Translations under genes and position numbers: made by a program
Notes under the pieces: model-generated
What the model was told of the DNA's origin: nothing
Databases searched by the model: none
What the model saw: the letters and a program-made list of their open reading frames with translations, nothing else
Source: Candidatus Altimarinota bacterium
GTDB taxonomy: Bacteria > Patescibacteriota > Gracilibacteria > CAIRYL01
Length of the DNA: 64,000 bases
Assembly: GCA_041739085.1 (NCBI GenBank)
Contig: JBGSON010000004.1
Location: 2,366 to 66,365 of the forward strand
Direction: 5' to 3'
Shown: piece after piece, positions 51,064 to 60,315 of the stretch
Numbering within the stretch: position 1 is the stretch's first letter
Layout: the number at the start of each line of letters is the position of its first letter

Positions 51064-52089
51064 CTAAAGGGAGAGGTCTCTTTCAAACGACCTGATCTTT
51101 TCGTCGAGCACCGGATTCGATTCATGCGCATACCTGATCCTTCCGTCCGCAAGCCGTTCATCAAGCGTGACGATACGGTTATGGAGGACGCGCTTGTCCG
51201 CATAATACACCACCTTTTCTTCGATGGAAAACGGCTCCTCACGGAATATTTCCTTCGTCATGTGTGACTTCACGACTTTCGCATTCGCATAAAACCCTCG
51301 TTCGCTCAAAATCTCCGCTGCGGCATCTCCATGGTTGAATGCTTCAAATCTTTTTTGTATGGATTTCCAGAGTTCAAGCTTTTTCTTCGTGACTTCCTCC
51401 TTATACTTCTCTATGTCCGAAAAGGTCTTAAAATCGACATACCGGACAAGGTCATGGCATTTCGCACTCAGTCTGATGAGATCGAGATCGATTGGGATCC
51501 CCTGAGAGAGAAGGGTTTTCCCGCAGCCGACCGCGACTTCCATGACCGCCCTGGAGTGTTCTCTGATGTGTACCGGAGTGGCAAATTCTTCCAGGATGTC
51601 TTCAGCTTCTCTCTCCGACATCCGTCCGCTATTTTTAAATGCAATACGGATCACTCGTTCATCCTCTGCTTTGCTGTTTTCAATATGAACGGAGATGGTG
51701 TTATCCCGAAAAACCTGGGAGTGAGACAGGGGAAGAAGGTCTGCCCACTCCAGGATGATGACATTCCCGCTTTCGCCTTGGTCCCGGAGTTCTTCGAGGA
51801 TGAAATCAGAAGAATGAGGCTGGTCCCTGAGCCGGAAGAGATCCCCGTGGAGGACCGTCCGCCCGCAAAAGGGATATTCCTGAAAATATGTAAAAGTAGG
51901 GCTTTTTCCCGCATTCTCCACCCCCAAACCCTCAAAAAATCCTTTCGCAAAAACAGTTTTTCCCGCTCCGAGACTGCCGGAGAGAAGGATGACCCGTCCC
52001 CATTCCGGACGCAACTTCACCCGTTCTCCGAGTCTTTTCCCGACAAGGGCCGTTGCCTCTTCTGAAGGGCTTACATAGTTGAAATTCAT
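51064..52089 (-). CDS. tsaE: TsaE (t6A ATPase) fused to an HD-domain phosphohydrolase
   Basis: The N-terminal ~150 aa carry P-loop GSLGAGKTVFAKG and GKSPTFTY. The C-terminal ~180 aa carry IREHSRAV...KCHDLVRY, an H...HD pattern (YqeK-like). Confidence 0.75.
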   Translation of the reverse strand: MNFNYVSPSEEATALVGKRLGERVKLRPEWGRVILLSGSLGAGKTVFAKGFFEGLGVENAGKSPTFTYFQEYPFCGRTVLHGDLFRLRDQPHSSDFILEELRDQGESGNVIILEWADLLPLSHSQVFRDNTISVHIENSKAEDERVIRIAFKNSGRMSEREAEDILEEFATPVHIREHSRAVMEVAVGCGKTLLSQGIPIDLDLIRLSAKCHDLVRYVDFKTFSDIEKYKEEVTKKKLELWKSIQKRFEAFNHGDAAAEILSERGFYANAKVVKSHMTKEIFREEPFSIEEKVVYYADKRVLHNRIVTLDERLADGRIRYAHESNPVLDEKIRSFERDLSL

Positions 52090-52118
52090 TTGGAGATAAT
52101 GATTCCATTTGATATAAT
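52090..52118 (+). promoter_or_regulatory. possible sigma70-like promoter for the M23 peptidase gene
   Basis: TTGGAG, 17 nt, TATAAT, located 57 nt upstream of ATG 52175 and abutting the divergent tsaE start. Confidence 0.35.
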
Positions 52119-52174
52119 AACATGAAGCACAAAAAAAAGTTTGACCTTCTTCATACTCTCAAAAACATAAACCG

Positions 52175-54610
52175 ATGAAAAAAAAGAAACAGATGCTCCC
52201 CAAAGGAGCAAAGAAATCCAATGAGAAAGCATCCAAAGGAAAGAAAGTGAAAATGCTGAAGCAGAAAAAGCCAAAGGGATTCCTCCCGACACTTCTCTGG
52301 TATTTTGAAAAAAGACCGGTCTTCGGGTATGTCGCTCTCACCCTCGGACTCATGCTCGCGGTTTTTGCTCTCGAGCGCGGAGCGAATTACTTCATGGCGA
52401 GCGTACTCCAGGCACCTCAGGCATTTGACGGAACAGTGAAACCGATCGAACGCGTTCCGGACTGGGCAAATGTGGGATCTGATAATTCCAGACCGTATTC
52501 GAGTTATTCCTCCGGAGATCTCGTTCCCCTCATGGATTATGATATGAGAGTGCTCGGAAGCGACAGCACGGATGATGCGACGACGAATGCCAGGATCACC
52601 TATTCCGTTGTGTATACCGGAAACTACACCCTTGATCATGTACAGGGCGTCGGCTCTCATCCTGCAGTAGATATCCGCATTCCGGAAGGAACACCGGCCA
52701 TTGCCGTGGCAAACGGGATCGTCAAAACTGCGGAAAGCAAGACCACCGGGTTCGGGAAATATATTGTCCTTGAGGTCCCTGACGCACCCCTAAATGGGGG
52801 GACGGAAAGTCTCTATATCGGATATGCCCATCTCTCAGAAATCGATGTGAGCGTCGGACAGATCGTACGGAGGGGCGATGTCATCGGAAAAACAGGGACG
52901 ACGGGGACTTCGACGACTCCGCATCTTCATTTTCAGATCGACCGCGCAGATGCATCATTCCACCTCTACTGGCCGTTCACGACTGCGGAAGCATCTGCTG
53001 CCGGGTATGATTTTTTTGGAGCCATCAATGCGGGATTCGGACTTGATAATGCGTTGAAATACACGGTCAATCCCATGGAGTGGGTCCAGGAGAATGAAAA
53101 CGGAAGCTCATCGTCGAATGATGTGCGGGACAATGAGCCCGAAGCCGAACTTGATGCATTTGAGCTTGATATCAGTCCCTCAGCAGTTGATGCCGGTGAT
53201 GATGTAAAGATCACGATCACCGCGATCGATAGCGAGGAAAAAACGATGAAATCATTTCAGGACTCAGTTTCCTTAACATCTTCGGATTCCGATATGGAAA
53301 TCCCGGATGTTGCCTTTAAAAACGGGGTTGCTCAATTTTCTGTCGAAACAGTGAATCCCGGAAGAGTAAAATTCTCCGTCGAATCCGACGGGGTGAAAGA
53401 AAGTCTCAAAATCACGGTCAATGAGAGCGAGAACCTCCATCCCTCGGGAGATGGGGACGGAGACGGAGATAATGCATCAGACGGAGATGGGGGAACCCTT
53501 GATCATTTTTCTTTCCGCTCGGACGAGACACTACTCAAGATCGGAGGAGAAACAACGCTCACCATCACCGCGATGGACGAGAACGGGAACCTCATCCCGG
53601 ATTTCTCGCCAAAAGGCGGATATGTTCTTCAGGTCACGAACGGGAAGACGGATAGAGACACCCTTACTAAGGCTCATTTTTCAAACGGAGAAGCATCAGT
53701 CACCTTTACTGCAGAAGATGCGGGGAAGGGAAAAGTCTTTATCGAAAACTATGGAGAGTGGGAGATCGATATCATCGCTGAGCTCAAGCCCGTGAATTCA
53801 TTCTCCATTGAAACAGACGGGAGATTTATCGTCGGTGTTCCGGAGATGATTACCATTACATCGCTTGATGAAGAGGGAAACGTCACTCCGAAATCATTCC
53901 CGGGTGAAGCGTATGTCACCTTCACGGAAGGAGAAGGGATTACCACTCCAAACGAACTCACATCCGAAGATTTTGAGAACGGAATCGCTTCCGTTTCCGT
54001 CAATGTGAGCGAAGGCGGGAACGCACAGATCAAAGTAAAGTCAGGAGTGCTCGTCGGCGAGAGTGATCTCATGAAAGAGGACCGGGGAAAAATATTCGCC
54101 GATGTCGGGATTGAAGACGAACATGCGGATGCGATCAAATTTCTCAAGGAAAAAGGTGTGATCGGCGGATACCCGGATGGGACTTTCCGCGGATCGAACA
54201 ACCTCAATCGGGTCGAGGCGACAAAAATGCTCATGGAGGGATTCAATTATGATATTGAATCCGGGACTCCGGATTTCAGAGATGTTGCATCATCCGACTG
54301 GTTCACGAGTTATGTCTACACTGCGGTGATGAATGGAGTCGTGAACGGATATCCGGATGGGACATTCAGACCCGGAGGGACACTCATCCGGGCAGAATTC
54401 TTCAAGCTCCTTCTTGAGGCGGATGAGTCCCCGATAAAATCCCGGGTTTCAGAGGATCCGTTCAATGATGTGAGTGCTGATGCCTGGTACGCACCTTATG
54501 CCAGATACGCAAAGGACAACGAACTTCTCGACTTTGGAAATAAGTTCAAGCCCGAAAGTGAAATTACGCGGGATGAAGTTGCTGAAGCGATGTACCGGCT
54601 CATGAAGTGA
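52175..54610 (+). CDS. membrane-anchored M23 peptidase with Ig-like repeats and C-terminal SLH domains
   Basis: Lys-rich cytoplasmic tail plus TM. M23 motifs HPAVDIRIPEGTPAIAVANG and TGTSTTPHLHFQI. Three Ig-like repeats of about 90 aa and a GDGDGDGD linker. Three SLH-like repeats follow (e.g. FRDVASSDWFTSYVYTAVMNGVVNGYPDGTFRPGGTLIRAEF). Confidence 0.85.
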   Translation: MKKKKQMLPKGAKKSNEKASKGKKVKMLKQKKPKGFLPTLLWYFEKRPVFGYVALTLGLMLAVFALERGANYFMASVLQAPQAFDGTVKPIERVPDWANVGSDNSRPYSSYSSGDLVPLMDYDMRVLGSDSTDDATTNARITYSVVYTGNYTLDHVQGVGSHPAVDIRIPEGTPAIAVANGIVKTAESKTTGFGKYIVLEVPDAPLNGGTESLYIGYAHLSEIDVSVGQIVRRGDVIGKTGTTGTSTTPHLHFQIDRADASFHLYWPFTTAEASAAGYDFFGAINAGFGLDNALKYTVNPMEWVQENENGSSSSNDVRDNEPEAELDAFELDISPSAVDAGDDVKITITAIDSEEKTMKSFQDSVSLTSSDSDMEIPDVAFKNGVAQFSVETVNPGRVKFSVESDGVKESLKITVNESENLHPSGDGDGDGDNASDGDGGTLDHFSFRSDETLLKIGGETTLTITAMDENGNLIPDFSPKGGYVLQVTNGKTDRDTLTKAHFSNGEASVTFTAEDAGKGKVFIENYGEWEIDIIAELKPVNSFSIETDGRFIVGVPEMITITSLDEEGNVTPKSFPGEAYVTFTEGEGITTPNELTSEDFENGIASVSVNVSEGGNAQIKVKSGVLVGESDLMKEDRGKIFADVGIEDEHADAIKFLKEKGVIGGYPDGTFRGSNNLNRVEATKMLMEGFNYDIESGTPDFRDVASSDWFTSYVYTAVMNGVVNGYPDGTFRPGGTLIRAEFFKLLLEADESPIKSRVSEDPFNDVSADAWYAPYARYAKDNELLDFGNKFKPESEITRDEVAEAMYRLMK

Positions 54611-54612
54611 GG

Positions 54613-54647
54613 AAAGTTTATAAGGTTTGTAAAGTTCATAAAGCTTT
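54613..54647 (+). repeat. TAAAGTT-type 9-nt periodic repeat (family 1) directly after the peptidase stop codon
   Basis: aaagttta taaggtttg taaagttca taaagcttt. Confidence 0.6.
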
Positions 54648-54682
54648 GGAAGAAGGCCACATTTTCTCTTCCAGAACTTTTA
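54645..54682 (+). terminator. possible terminator hairpin
   Basis: tggaaga / 13-nt loop / tcttcca, followed by gaacttttag. The stem is moderate and the T run is short. Confidence 0.3.
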
Positions 54683-54692
54683 GTTGACAATG

Positions 54693-55035
54693 GTGAAAAA
54701 ACATTCAATAATGTTCACTTAATTCCCAGGGGAAATTTGAAAGTTCTTTTCCATATCGTCAGGAACCACCCTTCCGTTTCCATTCTGGAAGAACCTTCCC
54801 CCCTCTCCGTACTCTCCATCCTCTACGGAAAGAGGGGAAGTGCTCTTCCGGGCAAGCGGACAGGGTCTCCCGAATGAGCGGGGGAGACGGGGTATAGCCA
54901 AGGCTTACCGGGGGAGGTTTTCTCCATAAAACCTTCACGCAATCCTCAACATCCCACCTCAAAGAATGGGGTATCGCTCACCCCCTTCCCCTCCCATATG
55001 ATAGAGGGAGGAGCTCTGTCCCTCCTCCCTCTATC
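54693..55035. other. hairpin-dense, GGAGG/CCTCC-rich non-coding spacer between convergent genes
   Basis: Hairpins read by eye: 54693-54718; 54795-54840 (cttcccc...ggggaag with inner ccgta/tacgg); 54865-54888 (gtctccc/gggagac); 54915-54934 (aggtttt/aaaacct); 54968-54984 (ggggt/acccc); 55000-55035 (perfect 14-bp stem gatagagggaggag / ctcctccctctatc, 8-nt loop). Confidence 0.6.
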
Positions 55036-55053
55036 CCACCATTTCTTTGACGT

Positions 55054-55977
55054 TTATCGATTATACTCTTTGATCGCTTCTTTCACCGTGTTTTTACTGC
55101 CGACAAAAATCGTCGTCCGTTCATGGAGGTCATGGATCGGCATATCGAGGATCGGCTCTCCTTTTTCCGTGAGGGATATTCCTCCCGCCTGCTCCATGAG
55201 GAAGGAAAATGGAGCGCATTCGTAGAGAAGTCTGAGTTTCCCCTTCGGATATTTCGCCGACGAAGGATAGGAGAAGATCCCGTTCCCTTTGCAGAATATG
55301 GTGTTGATATCCGCCGCCATCCCTCCGGAATACCTGAGCGTCAGACCATTCGCCATCCATTGGTTCACGAGGCGGGAATAGGAAGGCCGGTCTTTTACCG
55401 TACGAAGATTCCCCGGTGCAAATATCTCAGCATCTTCTTTTACAGTTATCTTTTCCCCATAGCACTGGAATTCTCCGAGATCATTGAGCATGAATGAGTA
55501 CACTCCTTTTCCCAGAGTAAGGAAGAGCGTCGTCCGCGGCCCGTAGAGAATATACCCCGCCGCGGTCATCTGCCGGCCCGTATGCCCGAGAAACCCATTC
55601 CCGGGATAAATGCCGAAGATACTCCCCACGGCGAGATTGCTCGAGACGAGAGACGATCCGTCAAGAGGATCAAAGGCAACGGAATACTTTCCGAGATCGT
55701 CCATGAGCACGACTTCATTTTCCTGTTCCTCTGAGGAGATCTTCGCCACGAGATTGCTCTCTTCCAGATGCTTGCAGAAAATATTATCCGAGAGGACATC
55801 GAGCTTCAGCTGTTCTTCTCCCTGGATATTGAGCGTCCCGGCAACGCCGAGATGCTCATGCCGTATCGCATGGATCACGTATTTCCCCGCGCGGGCGATG
55901 CGGGAAATGATCTGTTTCAAATCAGGATCACATCCTACCTCAGTGAGGAATGTCTCAAGAAAAAAAGGAATGGTCAT
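55054..55977 (-). CDS. fbp: fructose-1,6-bisphosphatase, class 1
   Basis: 307 aa with AFDPLDGSS, EEQENEV and GKLRLLYECAP. Confidence 0.9.
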   Translation of the reverse strand: MTIPFFLETFLTEVGCDPDLKQIISRIARAGKYVIHAIRHEHLGVAGTLNIQGEEQLKLDVLSDNIFCKHLEESNLVAKISSEEQENEVVLMDDLGKYSVAFDPLDGSSLVSSNLAVGSIFGIYPGNGFLGHTGRQMTAAGYILYGPRTTLFLTLGKGVYSFMLNDLGEFQCYGEKITVKEDAEIFAPGNLRTVKDRPSYSRLVNQWMANGLTLRYSGGMAADINTIFCKGNGIFSYPSSAKYPKGKLRLLYECAPFSFLMEQAGGISLTEKGEPILDMPIHDLHERTTIFVGSKNTVKEAIKEYNR

Positions 55978-56009
55978 GCTGAGTTGAGAGAGGATAGAGT
56001 GCGTCCCTA

Positions 56010-57014
56010 TTATTCATGAAAACTCGCAAGTCGTTCAAGGAAATCTTTGAGTCGCACAGCATAAGCCCATTCATTGTCATACCAGAAAATCATCTGAGCG
56101 TATTTCCCTCCTACCACTTTTGTCGAAAGCGAATCAGCAATGGAAGAGTGAGCGTTTGTTGTAAAATCAATGGAGACAAGCGGCTCATCGCAGACATCGA
56201 GGATCCCTTTCATTTTTCCTGAAGCAGCCTCCCGCATAAGGGAGTTCAGTTCATCGCGGGAGGTCTCTCTCCGGAGAACAAACCGGATATCGCAGAGCGA
56301 TGATGTGGCAATGGGAACGCGGAAAGCGATGCCGTCCACTTTTCCTTCAAGCGACGGAATGACCTTTGAAATCGCTTTCATCGCACCGGAAGTCGTCGGG
56401 ATAACACTCTGAACAGCGCTTCGCGCTCTCCTGAGGTCGGGTCCGGTATTATCCAGGAGGTTCTGGGAACTCGTAAAGGAGTGGATGGAGGAGACGAATG
56501 CATTCTCGATCCCGATCGCATCCTCTATGACTTTCATCGGGGGGGCGATGCAGTTCGTCGTGCAGGAGGCATTACTCATGATCGTCAGGTCGTCGGTAAT
56601 AAGCTGATCATTCACCCCGAATACAAAAGTCGGGGTGTCATCCTTCATCGGAGCGGAAACAAGGACTTTCTTTGCTCCGGCATCGAGAAAATTTTGCGCT
56701 TCGGCTTTTGTTTTTGCTCTCCCGGTTGCAGAAACGACAACATCGATTCCAAGATCTTGAAACGGGATCTCCTTTTCATTCGGATGTTCAAGAACGAGCA
56801 CTTTCTCGCCGTTCACCACGAGAGAGTCTTCTGTATAAGAAACATCTGCATCGAGTTTCCCATGGAGGGAATCATATTTCAGAAGGTGCGCCCTCATTTC
56901 CGCCTGTTTTTTTCTCACATTTATTGCAGCGACCTGGACTTTTTTGTTTCCGATGAGGATCCGGTGAAGATTCCTTCCGATTCTTCCATATCCGTTGATG
57001 AGGACTCGGAGCAT
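56010..57014 (-). CDS. gap: glyceraldehyde-3-phosphate dehydrogenase
   Basis: Trimmed to ATG 57014 (MLRVLINGYGRIGRN). Catalytic motif SNASCTTNC. Confidence 0.9.
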   Translation of the reverse strand: MLRVLINGYGRIGRNLHRILIGNKKVQVAAINVRKKQAEMRAHLLKYDSLHGKLDADVSYTEDSLVVNGEKVLVLEHPNEKEIPFQDLGIDVVVSATGRAKTKAEAQNFLDAGAKKVLVSAPMKDDTPTFVFGVNDQLITDDLTIMSNASCTTNCIAPPMKVIEDAIGIENAFVSSIHSFTSSQNLLDNTGPDLRRARSAVQSVIPTTSGAMKAISKVIPSLEGKVDGIAFRVPIATSSLCDIRFVLRRETSRDELNSLMREAASGKMKGILDVCDEPLVSIDFTTNAHSSIADSLSTKVVGGKYAQMIFWYDNEWAYAVRLKDFLERLASFHE

Positions 57015-57088
57015 GTTGAGTGATAAAAGTGAAGAAGGGGCTTCATTCTGCCCCACACATGGGAAAAAGAAAACACTTTTTGCTGGTA

Positions 57089-57202
57089 GAAACGTGTTCA
57101 AGTAGGCAAGTGAAGAAGTCGACAAGCAGGCAAGCGGGAAAGCAGACCATCAATTCTTTTCTGTTTTGTCCTCTGTATTTTGTGCTGTGTGCTTCTTTCT
57201 CC
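57089..57202 (+). repeat. composite intergenic element (family 2 repeats plus family 3 pyrimidine tract), second copy
   Basis: gaaacgtgttcaagtaggcaagtgaagaagtcgacaagcaggcaagcgggaaagcagaccatcaattcttttctgttttgtcctctgtattttgtgctgtgtgcttctttctcc. It has the same order and the same start (GAAA.GTGTTCAAG) as 41453-41545. Confidence 0.7.
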
Positions 57203-57232
57203 TTGCGCCTAATCGTTCCCGTTTCCTATAAT
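57203..57232 (+). promoter_or_regulatory. sigma70-like promoter for the large SLH protein gene
   Basis: TTGCGC, 18 nt, TATAAT. The -10 box ends 35 nt before ATG 57268, and the promoter lies immediately downstream of the pyrimidine-tract repeat. Confidence 0.4.
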
Positions 57233-57267
57233 TTCATTGTGCGATTTTTCAATTTTATCCCGTTCGT

Positions 57268-59787
57268 ATGCATCGGATCCGGATTGCCGGCCTCATCGGC
57301 CTTTTTTTGGGACTTGTCTTCTCTCTCACTGTTCCTTCTTTTGCCGAGAAGAAAGCGTTCCCGGATGTGAACGAAAATCATAAATATTTTACCTCCATCA
57401 CATTTCTCTACGATCAGGATATTTTCCGGGGTGATGCGGATACGGGAAAATTCCGACCCGGAGACCTCATCAACCGCGCCGAATTCGCTACGATCATCAC
57501 CCGGCTCCTCGGGGCAAATCCTTCCCATACCGAATATCACGACTGTTTCCCCGATGTCTCGAATGAATGGTATGCCCCTTCGGTCTGTTATGTTCTCGAA
57601 CAGGGGATCATGAGAGGATTCTCAGGAGGAGACATGAAGGGGAAGTTCGGGCCCGACCGGCCGCTCCTCTTTGGAGAGCTTCTCGTCATCATGGCAAGAC
57701 TCTCCGACTGGAATACCGCATTCGGTGGAGAATGGTACGAACCCGCGTTCTATTATGCGCAGCAGAGGAATATTTTGCGGAACAAGCTCTTTGACGAGCC
57801 GGCGAACAGAGGAAGTGTCGCCGAGATCATATATCGGGCAGTGGCGCTCAACATGCTTCAGGTTGGCGTCTTTCATGACACAGAAACGCCTCCCGCATTC
57901 GAGGAATATGTCGAGAGCGTTGATTTTGATATCACGGCAGCACTCAAGGAAGGAGGGGACCGTTTTTTGCGAGAGCCTCATACGGTGACTTCAGAGAGCG
58001 GGCTCAACTTTGTTTTTTCTGGACTCCAGGATGACAGGGTCGTTGCGAACGGGAAGGATTCCTATATCGTCCAGTTCCGGATTGATGATCCGGAGACCGA
58101 TGATCCCGAGTTCTCTGTCTATCATGACCGGGATCTCCGGATATCATTTCAGGAAAAGACAAGACTTGTGGATCTGGACGGATCAGTAAGCCCCGAATCG
58201 ATCGATTATATCTATCGCGGGAGGGGATACTACGAAGTGACTGTGAAAAGTAAAGTGAGCGGTCATCGCTCTCTCGTCATCCAGGATGGTGAGAGTGGCG
58301 ATATCGTAAAAAAAGAACTCTATTTCGCTCCCGGAAAAGCCCTCCGGTTCGAGGTCCTCGACACATCGGGACCCGGAGGACCGGATATGCTCGCGGGAGA
58401 AAAACATTACCGGGTCGCGGTCATGGACGAATACTGGAATCCGATCCCGGAAGCGGTCTTCTCCGGAACGACCTCAAACGGATACATCTATTTCGAACAT
58501 AATAACGACGGGACTGCGACAGCGTATCTTCTTGCGACCCAGTATGGAGCAGCAGAAGTGGAACTCATGGCCGCGGCTTCCGGTCAGACGTTCACCATCA
58601 CCGACTCCGCATTCTTTTCTCCTGTCGAGCTCGGGTATGAAGGTGCCTATGTTCAGTCGGGAGAACCTGTTATTCTCCCGATTCTCCTCTTCATTCCGAA
58701 TTATGCAGAGGACATGACATTCCTTGACCTTGAGATCGCGATTCCGAATTCTATCGAGTATATCAATGCCAGAGTCGGGTCCAATGCTTTCGAAGGGACT
58801 CGTGATTTTGAAAGGGACGATATGGGGGCGGTGAAACTCACGGTATCCGGGAGTATTTCCCATGGGGAGAAGAGGACGATCCGGCAAAAAATCGGAGAAC
58901 TCATCGTCACATCCCCCTATCCGCAGGAGCATGAAATCTCGGCATCGGTCGAACTGTATTCCGAGGATCCTTCAGTGCTGAAGGAACTCCTGGGAGACGA
59001 CTCCATGATCATTTCTGGAAAGAAACTCGTTTCTCCTCATCCATATTCTCTCGCGACTCTCTTGGGTACCCGAGAGAAAACAGTCTGTATCGATGTCTTT
59101 GTATCGCCGGAAGTAGATATTACAGAGGCAGAGATCGACCGGGATGTTCTCGCGGCACAGGATATGCTCACAAAAAACGCAGTATCATCGAGCTGTCCGT
59201 ACGCAATGAAGGTTGATGCTGAGATCACATTCGCCGATCACGTTTTCTGGAAGGGGATTTTCGGAGAGACAGGGAATGTCCTTGGTGAGGTCACTCCCGA
59301 GGCTCTCCAGTCGTGGTATGAGGAACTCGTTCCCGCCTGGAATAGCGAGGCCTCCGTTTCAGAAGAAGAGTCAGAAGAAGCGGTCACTCCGCGGCAGTGG
59401 TGCACAAAAGTGTTTTATGTTCCGGAGGATGCGTCAGAAGCAGGGGAAAGCGTTCTCTCTGATCTCTTCCTTTCCGAGGATGGGGAGAGCCTTTACGGCG
59501 TCGCTGACTATATTCTCATCCGCAATGCGGTCGACCGGGATGACCGCGCACTCGCATCAGCCCTTGTTCATCACCTGAGCGGGAACACCGTTCGGGGAAA
59601 TGACGCTGGCGCTTTCCAGGGAGCAGGACAGAGAGGGAATCTCATGAGCTCAGACCGCGTGAATGCGAAAGGGGTGGTCCTCAATTTCTTGTCCGGAGAC
59701 GATCTCACTCCAGCACAGTGTGAACTTATTGACTGGGCGCATCCGCGGTTCAACCATTATCCTCCGCAACAAAGTCCATCCATCTGA
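57268..59787 (+). CDS. large secreted SLH-domain surface protein, otherwise uncharacterised
   Basis: 839 aa. Signal peptide, N-terminal SLH repeats (FPDVNENHKYFTSITFLYDQDIFRGDADTGKFRPGDLINRAEF; FPDVSNEWYAPSVCYVLEQGIMRGF). The remaining ~650 aa show no recognised motifs. Confidence 0.8.
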   Translation: MHRIRIAGLIGLFLGLVFSLTVPSFAEKKAFPDVNENHKYFTSITFLYDQDIFRGDADTGKFRPGDLINRAEFATIITRLLGANPSHTEYHDCFPDVSNEWYAPSVCYVLEQGIMRGFSGGDMKGKFGPDRPLLFGELLVIMARLSDWNTAFGGEWYEPAFYYAQQRNILRNKLFDEPANRGSVAEIIYRAVALNMLQVGVFHDTETPPAFEEYVESVDFDITAALKEGGDRFLREPHTVTSESGLNFVFSGLQDDRVVANGKDSYIVQFRIDDPETDDPEFSVYHDRDLRISFQEKTRLVDLDGSVSPESIDYIYRGRGYYEVTVKSKVSGHRSLVIQDGESGDIVKKELYFAPGKALRFEVLDTSGPGGPDMLAGEKHYRVAVMDEYWNPIPEAVFSGTTSNGYIYFEHNNDGTATAYLLATQYGAAEVELMAAASGQTFTITDSAFFSPVELGYEGAYVQSGEPVILPILLFIPNYAEDMTFLDLEIAIPNSIEYINARVGSNAFEGTRDFERDDMGAVKLTVSGSISHGEKRTIRQKIGELIVTSPYPQEHEISASVELYSEDPSVLKELLGDDSMIISGKKLVSPHPYSLATLLGTREKTVCIDVFVSPEVDITEAEIDRDVLAAQDMLTKNAVSSSCPYAMKVDAEITFADHVFWKGIFGETGNVLGEVTPEALQSWYEELVPAWNSEASVSEEESEEAVTPRQWCTKVFYVPEDASEAGESVLSDLFLSEDGESLYGVADYILIRNAVDRDDRALASALVHHLSGNTVRGNDAGAFQGAGQRGNLMSSDRVNAKGVVLNFLSGDDLTPAQCELIDWAHPRFNHYPPQQSPSI

Positions 59788-59846
59788 TCTTTTTTTGGAC
59801 TGAAGTGAATGCATGAGAGAGGAAGCCAATATTTTTCTTTTCACCT

Positions 59847-60302
59847 ATGATCGTTGCTATCGGATCAGATCACGCTGGATTTCTCTTCAAAGAAGAAATC
59901 AAAAAAATGCTTCAAAAAATGGGACATGAAGTGATGGATTTCGGGACTCATTCGGAAGAATCGACGGATTATCCGATCTATTGCCGTCCGGTCGCAGAAG
60001 CTATTCAGAAAGGAGAAGCGAATCGGGGGATCGTCCTCGGAGGATCGGGAAACGGAGAGGCAATGGTCGCGAACCGTGTTCCGGGAGTACGGTGCGCCAT
60101 CTGCTGGAATGAGAAATCAGCCCGGCTCGCCAGAGAACACAACGACTCAAACTGCCTTTCCATAGGAGCACGGATGATGGATCTCAATACCGCCCTCCAT
60201 ATCGTAAAGGTATGGTTTGAAGCGGAATTTGAAGGAGGACGCCACATCCGGCGGATCGAACTCATCGATCATCCGGAAAAGGCCGGTGCAACACAGCAGT
60301 AA
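59847..60302 (+). CDS. rpiB: ribose-5-phosphate isomerase B
   Basis: 151 aa with MIVAIGSDHAGF and GSGNGEAMVANR, RpiB/LacAB family. Confidence 0.9.
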   Translation: MIVAIGSDHAGFLFKEEIKKMLQKMGHEVMDFGTHSEESTDYPIYCRPVAEAIQKGEANRGIVLGGSGNGEAMVANRVPGVRCAICWNEKSARLAREHNDSNCLSIGARMMDLNTALHIVKVWFEAEFEGGRHIRRIELIDHPEKAGATQQ

Positions 60303-60315
60303 TTTTTTATCCCCC

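Noticed and set aside
54719-54962. Two overlapping small minus-strand ORFs (60 and 67 aa) in the M23-fbp spacer.
   Set aside because: They are built from the GC-rich hairpin words and have Pro/Arg/Gly-rich implausible sequences. The region is better explained as non-coding structured DNA or RNA.
55000-55041. tmRNA 3' end suggested by '...ctatCCCACCA' after a strong hairpin.
   Set aside because: The hairpin has a 14-bp stem and 8-nt loop rather than a T-arm. No matching 5' acceptor strand, tag reading frame or GGTTCGA-type loop was found.
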